A DNA stretch of 64,000 nucleotides from Lingula anatina (Eukaryota; Animalia; Brachiopoda): positions 15,066,001 to 15,130,000 of the forward strand of contig CM120641.1 of NCBI GenBank assembly GCA_051362555.1, written 5' to 3'. The position numbers and the translations under genes were made by a program. Positions 22,840 to 32,968 of this stretch are shown here, piece by piece (position 1 is the stretch's first letter; every line of letters begins with the position of its first letter). The notes under the pieces are model-generated. The model saw nothing but the letters and a program-made list of their open reading frames with translations. It was not told the DNA's origin and did not search any database.

Positions 22840-25800
22840 ATGGCAGTGCAGCTAGGTTGTATCTATCTGCTCGACATTTCTGTCAGCAGCAAAGACCTTA
22901 ACGTTCCACTGGTTGAGGCAATCGATTCAGTTATCAATGACAATAAGAGAGTAAAGCTACTTCTAGCTGTCAAGGTAAGTTGCACCATGCTGAAAGTCTG
23001 CACGTTTTCAGTGACAGGAACTGAGGTAAGTAGTTCAGGGTACCGTAAGCGAAGACGCAACCTTGGGTAACTTTTATATCAGCTAAAACTACAATGTATA
23101 TGTTTAAACACGCCCAAGCTTTTGGCATATTCGCTTTCTTCAGGGACTTCAATGTGATAGGAACAGTTGGTGACGTACATTTAGTCTTGTCCTTCAAAGA
23201 GATGATCCCACATGAACACTCAGCTACTACATGTATAGTACACGTTAGGCAGGTTAGGCTTCATGGGGAGTATCGGGGTCTAAATATGGGGCGATTGTCA
23301 CCTGTACAAAGTGTCCTGATTATTGTCGGCGTGTTGTTATAATGGGACAGGACCACGTACCTTCATGTCACATAAAAGAGTTGAACTGTAACTTAATAAT
23401 GGATCATGTAAAGCTGCATTCAGTCCAAGGACTTTGCGGTGCATGACTATAAGGCAGTGAATGTTGTTATGTACCTTGACATATACATATGAGATGAATG
23501 TCCTAAACTTATATAATTTAGAACGCTTAATTCAAGCGTGGGCTCGAAATAGGACATTACGTTTTAGACTTACTCAGTGGATAACGCAATTCAAAATTCC
23601 ACGGTTCGTGTCAGATTTACGTAAGGTAGCGCAAAGAAAACCCAAGTCCACATAATGACCAGTTTAATGGTTTATTGGTTGACGATCTCTAACTACATGT
23701 TCTATACGTGAAGCCTCCAACTTCTAAGCCGTCTCCCATAGCTCCGTCGAGCGGTCACCTTCGAGTCTTCAGTCTGCCCCCAATATTGTTTCTAGACGTC
23801 TTTTATACGTATTTCTTATCTTTAGGTGGATTCTGTGCTGCAGTATTTGGCGGTACATACTAATTTTAATTATTCAAATTGCACACGTCCACTTAAGTTA
23901 CATGACTTCAGGTAAGGCCATAAAACGAGTCGAGTGCACAAGCAATCGACTCTAATCAAATTAATTTACATGTCCGGGAATTATATTTGTGAACGCTACA
24001 ATGTGACCAAGGCAGGGTCTCCTGATAAGGGTCGAGAAAGACCGTGCATGTACCTAAAATAAACACCTTGCAGTGTCTGAGCATGGAAATTTATGTACAT
24101 TTACTTCCATGGGCGTCTGCAGGGGGGTCAATGGGGTCACTTGACCCCCCCTGGGATTTCGGAACTGCATTTTATTGTGGGTACCCAGCCAATCATTATC
24201 TCCCCCTTCAATGACTTTGACCCTTCCTGGAAATTTTTCTGGGGACGCCCATGTACATGTATACTTCCATGGGCAGATCCAGGATTATTTGCGGATGCAA
24301 AGCCGACCCCCCCCCCCCTCCTCTTGGCGTGAGGTTTGGGGCCCCGTGAAGAGCCCCGAAAAATTTTGGAATTTGAGAGTGCCATTTGGTTTTGTTTTTA
24401 ACTATGATTCATCAAGTCAAAAATCTAATTTCAAGAGGAGACCCTAAGTGTGTGTGTGTGTGTATGTATGTGTGTGTTTTTCAGAAGGGAGGGGGGGGTC
24501 AGGACCTCCCTGACACTTCCGCTAAATTCGCCACTGTACTTCTGTTGTCTGAGTGATGTGTAAGTCGAGACACTTTTAAGGTTCTATACTTTCTTTGCAA
24601 AAAACTGAAAAAAAACTTAATATAAAACTGGTTGGTATAATTAATACATGTACCAGTATTGTGATCCCTTATCATGTCAGACTCAGTTGTAATGTTCAGA
24701 GGCATTATTTGTCTTTACTTGGGGAAAAGGTATGTTCATTACATTTTTGTTATGTCATATTGACACTTTGAGGGTGAATGTGCTATTTTTGTTTTTTTTA
24801 ATATTCTCTACTACATTTTAGCTTACAGACAGCAGTTTCAGCACTAGCATGTTGCCATTCTTTGCAGGCCCATAGCCGGGGGGGGGGGGGGGGGGGGGGG
24901 TTCGAAAGAACCACCCTTTTTGCTGGGGAAAAGGTCCATTCTGGGTAAAATTTGATCTAGAGACACGAAAGTTTCATTGTAAGATGCCCACTTTTTTTCA
25001 GAAAAAGAACCCCCCCTTTTGAAATTGCTGGCTACAGGCTTGCTTTCAAACTTCAAAGTGAACTATCTGGTAGAAACTATCGCTTAACACCTAACCATGC
25101 CTGTGAGGCCCATAGCCAGCAATTTCAAAAGGGGGGTACTTTTTCCAAAAAAGTGGACCTTTTCCCATAAAAATTCCATGTACCTAGATCATTTACCCAG
25201 AGTGGACCTTTTCCCAGCAAAAGGGGCGGTTCTTTCGTACCCCCGAACCCCCCCTGGCTACGGGCCTGCCTGTTAATATTAAACACCCACTGGTGTATTC
25301 TGTGCAATTACAGCTGTTTATCCCTTTTTAACAAATGTTGTATTTTAGGTCGTTGCTGAAGCAAGGTTTCTGTTTGGTAGGTAATTTTAAGCATTTTATT
25401 TTTTATTTTTTCTTGAATAAACTGATTGAACTCCTAGTCACCTAAATGATACCTCTAGCCATTCTTGTAATTAACTTCTGAGCTCTAACTAAAAAGTGGA
25501 CAAGGATTTAATTGCACTACATGGACTTATCATTTATAGATAAAGTTTGATCTGTAATTAACACCATAACATTAAGCATTTATTAAATATTGCCAGGTGG
25601 TATTTGATGTTCATATCCAAATCCACTTTTCAGTCATCAGAACAAAATCAACCAGCGACCCAGATGCCTTGGCGCACAGATTGTCACACAATATTACTGT
25701 TGACTACAACATATCCTGTACTGCACTGAGACCATATGAATCCTTTGCCAAGAATCTTCTGGGTGTAGATGATGCCTTGTGTGGACAAGCACCATATAAA

Positions 25801-26747
25801 CTGTCACCTGGTGGGCATCTGTACATGCTGAACTTTGAAGTTGAGTACAAAGGTAAACTTTCAAAATGTTTGTCTTTTTATGCTTCTGAAAACAAAAACA
25901 GTTAAAGAAGACCATATAAGAATAATCAGATGCTATTCAATGCCACATGTAAATACCAAACTTTTGTTGCATTTACTGGGAAATTTAGAGTTGTCAAGCA
26001 AGTGTGTGTGTGTGTGTGTACCTGTATGTCATGCTTGCAAACTTGCCATCTTTTTTTAATTGTGCATGGTGTCTGTATAGGGCCTATTTGTAGAGCTGTC
26101 TTGTATTTATAACAGTCATTGTGTTTATTATACTACCAGGCATGTCCCAGGACATTCTTATGACAAACTGGAAAGAAGAGGCTCAGTTTGCACTCACCAC
26201 ACGCCAACAAGGGACAGAGCTTGAATTGTTTAAGGCAATGGGAGAACGGAAGGTGAACACTTTAACTTGTTCTTATCCTCATCTAGGGGTTATCTTATTC
26301 TTATCCATGGACAGAATGTCGAAATAAACATTGTCGTGTTATGCTGTCACATAGAAAGTATATCAGGGTGAATTTGTAACAGTAGCGTTTGGACGAGGGG
26401 GGGGGGGGGTTAATATGCTTGTTCAAGCTGGCGAGGTACGGTAACAGCAGTGTTTTGGCATTTGTACAGATCTCACTCACCTGAACAGCTACCAACAACA
26501 TTTTAAAGCCTATACAATAACAATAATGGGTAATGATAGTTTATCTGCAGTTATATTATGGTTAATATTATCTTATCTTCTCTAGGTTGTGGCCTTCATA
26601 AATGTGAACACGCCAGAGCAGTTAGATGACATCGCGTGGAATCTGCCAATCATGAAAAGTATTGGGGACCAAGTTCATATTCTTTGCAAGTCTGTCCGAC
26701 TATATTCCGATTACTTGCAGGACCTTCAAAGTAACTTTGCTGAATAA
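22840..26747 (+). CDS. Protein with two tandem muconolactone delta-isomerase-like (dimeric alpha/beta barrel) repeats, 218 aa
   Basis: Exons 22840-22974, 25349-25376, 25634-25852, 26140-26252, 26586-26747 total 657 nt in frame. The C-half LYMLNFEVEY...WKEEAQFAL...ELFKAMGERKVVAFINVNTPEQLDDIAWNLPIMK...VHILCKSVRLY resembles the CatC/MIase pattern, and the N-half is a degenerate parallel. Confidence 0.72.
24109..24253. mobile_element. Short MITE-like element in intron 1 of the MIase-like gene
   Basis: Terminal inverted repeats CATGGGCGTC and GACGCCCATG, with an internal GGGGGGTCAA...TTGACCCCCC stem. A second GC-rich element follows immediately (about 24268-24536). Confidence 0.55.
24864..25269. 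mobile_element. Two copies of one MITE family in inverted orientation (about 24864-25043 and 25106-25269)
   Basis: Each copy is bounded by (C)AGGCCCATAGCC...GGCTAC(A/G)GGC(T/C)TG. Internal sequence CCCTTTTTGCTGGGGAAAAGGTCCA in copy 1 is nearly the reverse complement of TGGACCTTTTCCCAGCAAAAGGGG in copy 2. Confidence 0.7.
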
Positions 26748-26910
26748 AAAACTTTGACATGAAATAGGCCATTGTTTTATAGGTATTTTTATAAGAGGAA
26801 GTTGGCCATGTAATTACATATATAAAGCTTTATTTTGTTACCAAAGTGAATGCACGTCCAAGAATTTCCCAAAACATTAATCTAAAAAAGCATATAGGGT
26901 AAATGGTTGA

Positions 26911-27016
26911 CACCCTGAGCTTCAGAGCTAACTTGACACTAACCTTTTCACTGTAGCCTATCTCCATAGGCTACAGTGAAAAGGTTAGTGTCAAGTTAGC
27001 TCTGAAGCTCAGGGTG
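26911..27016. mobile_element. Perfect 106-bp palindromic (foldback) MITE with an 8-bp target-site duplication
   Basis: 51-bp perfect arms around a 4-nt loop (CTCC). ATGGTTGA flanks both sides (26903-26910 and 27017-27024). Confidence 0.88.
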
Positions 27017-27054
27017 ATGGTTGATAGATGCTTGCTGCATTTAGGGTGCTTTAT

Positions 27055-27314
27055 CTTAGGGCCCATTCCTATAGATGCCATTGCTCAACGTGGATCAACC
27101 CAACTCTGTGTGAACTCTTGCTGACTGCAATCAGCTTAACTGAAAGACATGCCTCCTGGCATTAAGTAGAATACAGCAAAAGCTGGTAATTACGATTAGT
27201 TGGAAGCAAGAGTAAGCTTGTCTTTCAGTTAAGCTGATTGCGCTTAGGGAGAGTCCCTGCAGAGTTGGGTCTATCCCTGTAGACCGATGGTGTCCGTAGG
27301 GATAGGGTCTTAGT
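27055..27314. mobile_element. Older imperfect palindromic MITE
   Basis: GCAATCAGCTTAACTGAAAGACA pairs with TGTCTTTCAGTTAAGCTGATTGC, and ACCCAACTCTG with CAGAGTTGGGT. Its right end is partly repeated at about 27389-27441. Confidence 0.65.
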
Positions 27315-28107
27315 CTTATTAATTGGCATTTAATAGGTCAATATTTGAAAGGTATTTTTATCAGCAGTTGCGTATTTAAGTACTTATATTGGGTCTATCC
27401 AAATAGACTGATGGTTTCTATGGGGATAGGGTCTTAGTCTTACATTAATTGTTATAAAGTACAATATATAATGGCGTTTTCCGACAGGGCCAATTGTATA
27501 TTTCACACTTTATCTTATTTTTCATTTGTGCAATTTAAATTATGAGTAAAGTTTGTTATCATAAACTACCTTCTTGTACTTCCTTCCAATGTTGATACCT
27601 TTTTTACGTTTGTGATGCATTTATCGTGAAAAAACATCTTTTGAAGCTTTTTACGATCTCATAATACTTAAGAAAATTGCCAATGTGATTAACGTTTTTT
27701 TTCTCCTTTCATGGCAAATAAACAAACTCTATGACTAAAAAAGCGCACAAAGATTTTAAATGATAAAGTGTAAGATTTTTTAAACGTTAGGTTCACTAAG
27801 CGCTTGTTTAACTCTTCGTTATAATGTCCAAGTTTAACTTATTTCGGGACAGGTGATACTTTTTGATCATACTATTAAAAGCGATATGAAAATAGGCACG
27901 CAAAACGTGGGAAATTCACACTGCTTTGCAGTAGACAGTAATTTTGATTAAAAAAAAAGAACCAGAAAAATAACTATGGATCCACGTTGAACCCTCGTTC
28001 TATCTTTGTGACATCACTTCACAGCCGACTCCACTCCCAGATCCCGCGATTTTCAGCTACATGTCGCGAGACTCTGGCATGGCACCCCCACTGCTCTCGC
28101 TCTAAAA

Positions 28108-28461
28108 AGCCGAGAACTAAATATGGCGGGCGTACATGAAAGGAAAACCGCCTAGTCCTTTAATGGTCTCTCCGCCTCTCACACGCGTCGTCCCTGCGGG
28201 GGTACAGTCATTAAATCTCGGCTCCATTGGGACGACGCGTGGGGAGGCGTGTGAGAGGCGGAGAGACCATTAAAGGATTGGGCAGTTTTCCTTTCATGTA
28301 GAGATAGATTTTTATTTAACTGTCTCCGAGCAGAATACAATATTAAACAAAACAAAACAAAAAAGTACATTACATATACAGTTAATCCTCCGACCTTTCC
28401 GTCTCCGACAACAAACGTCCGCCATATTTAGTTCTCGGCTCTTCTCGATGTGAATGCGGCC
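28108..28461. mobile_element. Palindromic MITE (GGCCGCATTCA-terminus family) with an insertion in its right arm
   Basis: Left arm AGCCGAGAACTAAATATGGCGG...CTTTAATGGTCTCTCCGCCTCTCACACGC is mirrored at 28247-28300 and 28417-28440. The element ends TGAATGCGGCC. Confidence 0.7.
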
Positions 28462-28920
28462 TTAGAGAAATTGTCTTTCCCATCTGGCTTTGTTGATGAA
28501 AGTATATTATCGTTTCTCGACAGGAAATGGCACTGTGTGAGTTTCTCGGACATGTTTCCAGTGCACTTAAGCTTAGTTCTGAGAAAAGCTGACAGAGGAT
28601 CGATGCTTTAAAGACGAGGAATGTTTAAATTTTCCTCTGATTTATCAGGGTGTATACAGTATATAAAGTGGTTGAGAAAGATTTTTTATTTTCTTTCAGT
28701 TCTAAAAAAACGAGTTCTTAATTTCAATTTTAAAGAGTGATCTTTACCAGACGCCATGCATCTTATTTAATAGAATGATACAAGAACTAGTAACCTCTAT
28801 CTCCGCTGGCTATCCGACTCTCATCACGTGCAAAATAGTGCAAGATGAGAATGTTATAAGAATATCGATTCATTAATAGCACCTGTATTTGGCCTTGAAT
28901 TCTGTCGCCCGAATTGAATT

Positions 28921-29030
28921 CTTTTGACACAAGCTTAACACGGCAGAGCATCAAGGTTGCATTTGTTTTCTCTATATTTCTGTAACAGCAAAGACCTTAA
29001 CTTTCCTCTGGCTAAGGCAAATGGATGCAG
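28921..29030 (+). pseudogene. Decayed duplicate of exon 1 of the MIase-like gene
   Basis: CTTTTGACACAA...ACGGCAGAGCATCAAGGTTGCATT...ATTTCTGTAACAGCAAAGACCTTAACTTTCCTCTGGCTAAGGCAA aligns with 22817-22921. The ATG has become ACG and there is a frameshifting deletion. Confidence 0.75.
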
Positions 29031-29334
29031 TCTATTTAGTCTAGGTAAATACTCTGTGTTTGCGTCATCTTTTATTTCGGCTTCATATAGCAGTTTAAAG
29101 AAGCCTTGAAGCCTTGTTATAGTTCTGTTTCAGTGGTATGGTATTCAAAATGAAAAAAAACTCGTTATTTCATTTAAACACATGCACACGTGTATTATAT
29201 TGCATATATTCTCCATAATTCACCGCACAAGAAAAAACAACAACAATCTACTTTCACAGGTGTTTATCAATTTTGTAGAATATACAGAGTAAATACAATG
29301 TATGCTAAGTTACTACATACATTTCTCCAGTTTA

Positions 29335-29918
29335 CTAATAATAATAATAATTTATTGAGCATTAAAATGTGTACAGTTACATTTTACAAGCTCTCTAAAC
29401 TACAGTTTTACATAAATTGTGCACATAAGCTTAAATAAGTATAACTATTTTAGATCATTCAAATACCAAAATACATATAAGCTAACTACTTCATACATAT
29501 AGCTCACAATAGTAGTAAGACACAATCTTTTAATACTGGATATAGTATTTTGTACAATATGCATTTGCTACTTAGGCATAACTGACTGTATATAAACTTG
29601 GCCACTGCTGATGCACTTGCACGACACTGTGGATTAAGAATTTGTATTTTTTTGCTATCATCATCAGTGCCTGATAGACCAGAGAATCGTGACAGGGAAT
29701 CAAACATTTTTTTACGCTCACGTTGATGCTGAGTGCAGATCAGGAGAAAGTGCTTTTCGTCTTCGATAACATTTTTGCAGTGTGGACAAAATCTTTCTTC
29801 CATTGGTGTTTTAGGAGATGTATGTCTCAACCTTTCAATTTGTAAATTGTGGTCACTAAGGCTGAGTTTTGATATTGCTATTTTGTAATGGGCTGGAATG
29901 TCGAGTTGCAGGTATTTT
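29335..29918 (-). mobile_element. 5'-truncated LINE (CR1/L2-group) 3' end
   Basis: The minus strand encodes the ORF2 C-terminus YLQLDIPAHYKIAISKLSLSDHNLQIERLRH...ERFCPHCKNVIEDEKHFLLIC (CCHC-type motif) and ends in AATAAA plus an (ATT)n tail at about 29335-29356. Confidence 0.85.
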
Positions 29919-30462
29919 TAATGATAAAAACATAATAATCGGTTAAACACCGAAAATCTGCTTTAATTAACTCTCTACTCTAACATAAGTGGCCGTTCCA
30001 AAGAACAAAAACCATCCTTGATATTTAAAATGATAATTCGGTCTCGCTAACGCTTGAATGCTCTCTTGCTTTTTGACAAAAAAAAAAAAAAAAAAGAAAA
30101 AGGAAAGAAAAAAAAACGTTTCTTTGACATAACAAAGACGTTAATAATTAAAGCATACTAAAATGGCACCATTTATATAATTATTCAAACTAGAAAGATT
30201 GGTTACGACTGGTGACATATTATATCGCCTTCTCGTTTGCACAAGATTTTATGGTAGTTTGAAATGATGAACAGCTGCTAACTGTATCTAAACGCACAAC
30301 GTACTTTTCTTAAAAAGGTTTTACGTTGTTGCTTATTGATTGCACTGTATATATAACGATATTTACACAATCTTACATGCCCTTTTCTTTTTCATTAAGT
30401 CTTAAAGCTGTACATACATAAAAATTTCGGACTTCTAACACTGATCATGACACACATTGTGG

Positions 30463-32968
30463 CTATTTCTCGTCGTACGCGCTTTTGATGACAGACATGA
30501 TCACCGATAACGCTTTATCCCACGTGGCTCTTTCTGTGGGCCCAAACCTGCTGCTTCCCAACGAGTTCTCCAACCATGATAAAATCAATTCACAGAACTC
30601 CTGCAAGTACAGAGTAACTACACAATTAGTTTTTCATAACTTTTTTTTCAGGAGTGTGTAGCTGATAAAATGCCGTAGTTGAGAAGGAAAACGCAATTTG
30701 GCATAGCCGCTATCTGCTAACTCGGATAATGTGCATTACTTTAGCCTAAACCTAAACTTTTGAGGGAAATTTTATTTACACAATTGGCTGGTCTATCAAT
30801 GTTTCGTTTTCATTAGCACTATCTTTAACGGAAAATGACAGCACTAGTGAGGCTCTTCTAGTTGAGGTACATTGTAAAAGTTTACAATAAAACCTATCTA
30901 CAGCATTCTGTCATTTCTCACTAAATGTAGTACCCCATCAGAAACCCATCAACTCTTACCGGCCCAAACAAAGCAACAGGTATCCCTATTTTCTGGTGAT
31001 TGGTGCCGATTTTCTTCAGCAGTGATACCAAGCAGTCGGCGTCGTCTAAGCTCTCTACGACACTCGTGAGGGAGTTAACAACTGTGGCACCATGGGCACG
31101 CAATACAAAGCTTTTTCGTAGTTCTTCGTTTGATTTGTCTTTGAGGGAACGAAAATATTTCTTTGTCTCTGGTATCTTCGTGAAAAGTCTGTGTGAAGAG
31201 AGAAAATAATGTTAAGACGATGGCAACTGCGGGACATACCCAGTAACAATAGATTGAGTAGAATGCCCCCCAATAAGTAAAATAAATAAAATGATATAAT
31301 GGAGTTAGCATATACAGGATCAATTTTTACGTTCATTCTACTCTTAATATTTTGCTGGCGAGGAACAGGTCACTGTACTACTTTAAGTAATATTAAACAA
31401 CGAAAACTGAAGACTAACTGGCTAGAAAAAATGCCCCTTTTCATACAAATATATATTATTTCTATAGCTAATCCGATTCCCTGCAGCAAATGTCAAAGTA
31501 AAACTCTTCGTAGTTTCCATCACTATAGTGTGGTGTATTACCTCCTGTGATGGCACATGTACTTATCAAGTTACAAATCCGCACAGGGCTAATCCTTATT
31601 TCATCACATTTGCCATAGAGTTCCAATGGGAAGCATACATCGTTGATACATAGGCCGCATTCAGAACAGTGGACTAACTAGTCCGAGGGTCAAACATGGC
31701 CAAACCCACTTGAATACTTCCCCACGGGGAATCTATTCAGTGTCAATTAGCGGACTAGACAGCATGCAAGCTTTTTAGTTGGTCGCCATACTTGACCCTC
31801 GGGCTAGTAAGTCTGCTGTTCTGAATGCGACCATAAACGTCTTCATATCAATTTCAATGTTAGAGGAGGTAACAGTGCGAAACGAGGATGAGATTAAAAA
31901 AGGTTTTGATACAAGTGACAAAGAATGGTGATCTAGCATTACGTAAACGGCAGTTAATTTACTCCATTGATCATACCTGGTGACATCATGCTTTATTCTT
32001 TTTTAAATGTAGGCCTACACAACAATTTAACAGTTTGTTATTGCTGTCCAGTTCTTTTACATAGCTTGTAAAAACGTGCGGGTGCTAAATTTCAAAGACT
32101 AAAACTTCTAATAAAAAATTAATCAAATAAATGGTATAGATCTAAAACCAGTTTGGTGTTCGCTAAGGGCCTTAAAAACACGTTCTGGTGACAATTTGCC
32201 CTTCGTTCTGAACGGACTGGGTGGTTTTTGTTTAGTTGTAGCAGCATATCCGGAAGGACAGTGAGTCCTGTATCCTGGTGGTAAGATTTCGTTACATTGG
32301 GCGTGGCCTCTGTGTAGGTACATCGGTCTGGGCATAACTATAAAACTGTGCGGACCATTCCGTGCGACACATTAATCTGTCTGGCAATATCTGTCTTTTT
32401 CGCGACATTCTGGCACAGATCACCAATTTTGTAAAACACTACTTAACTCATTTTACGCACTGCAAAACCGAACGCTTGCATGTAAAATGTCAAATTCTTC
32501 TACCTTATGCAGTAATTGCCGACATATGGATACTTTTTTGACAGAACTATGCTTCGCCAAAGCCAAGCTTTGACCAGCCCAAAGGAGCACTACCAAATTA
32601 AATCACTGCATATTACACAATGCAGCAGTGCAACAGACATAGTAGTCAGTTAATTGGTAGCGACACACCTGACAACACACTTCTCCATTCACATATCTTG
32701 TATGAGATCTGAGGTTTTTGAAAAAAGAATGCATTTTTACCTAGACATCGCTTTGAAACTAAAATATTCCATATTAAATGTCAAGTCTGTTCATAATCAT
32801 AATAAATACTTACTGTAAGAAAAGTTCTGGTCCGTACTCCCTTGGTTTGGTAGATATCCCCTTCCAGGTATAACGCAGTATATTTTTCTCTCGCTCTGTC
32901 AGTCCAGTCTTCTCGTCAACAGTATTACTGCCCCCATAACCAAAGAACATGCTCCAAATTGCCCCCAT
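30463..32968 (-). CDS. Single-domain globin with an N-terminal myristoylation motif, 173 aa
   Basis: Exons 32968-32814, 31188-30960, 30600-30463, with introns at the canonical B12.2 and G7.0 positions. A-helix LTEREKNILRYTW, CD1 Phe (KKYF), distal His (LRAHGATV), proximal His (GTNHQKIG) and H-helix ERATWDKAL. Confidence 0.93.
31653..31832. mobile_element. MITE in globin intron 1 (GGCCGCATTCAGAACAG termini)
   Basis: About 45-bp imperfect TIRs GGCCGCATTCAGAACAGTGGACTAACTAGTCCGAGGGTCAA and TTGACCCTCGGGCTAGTAAGTCTGCTGTTCTGAATGCGACC, flanked by ATA on both sides (possible 3-bp TSD). Confidence 0.78.

Noticed and set aside
22840-26747. Bacterial contamination as the source of the MIase-like sequence
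   Set aside because: The ORF is split by canonical spliceosomal introns containing host MITEs and sits between animal genes.
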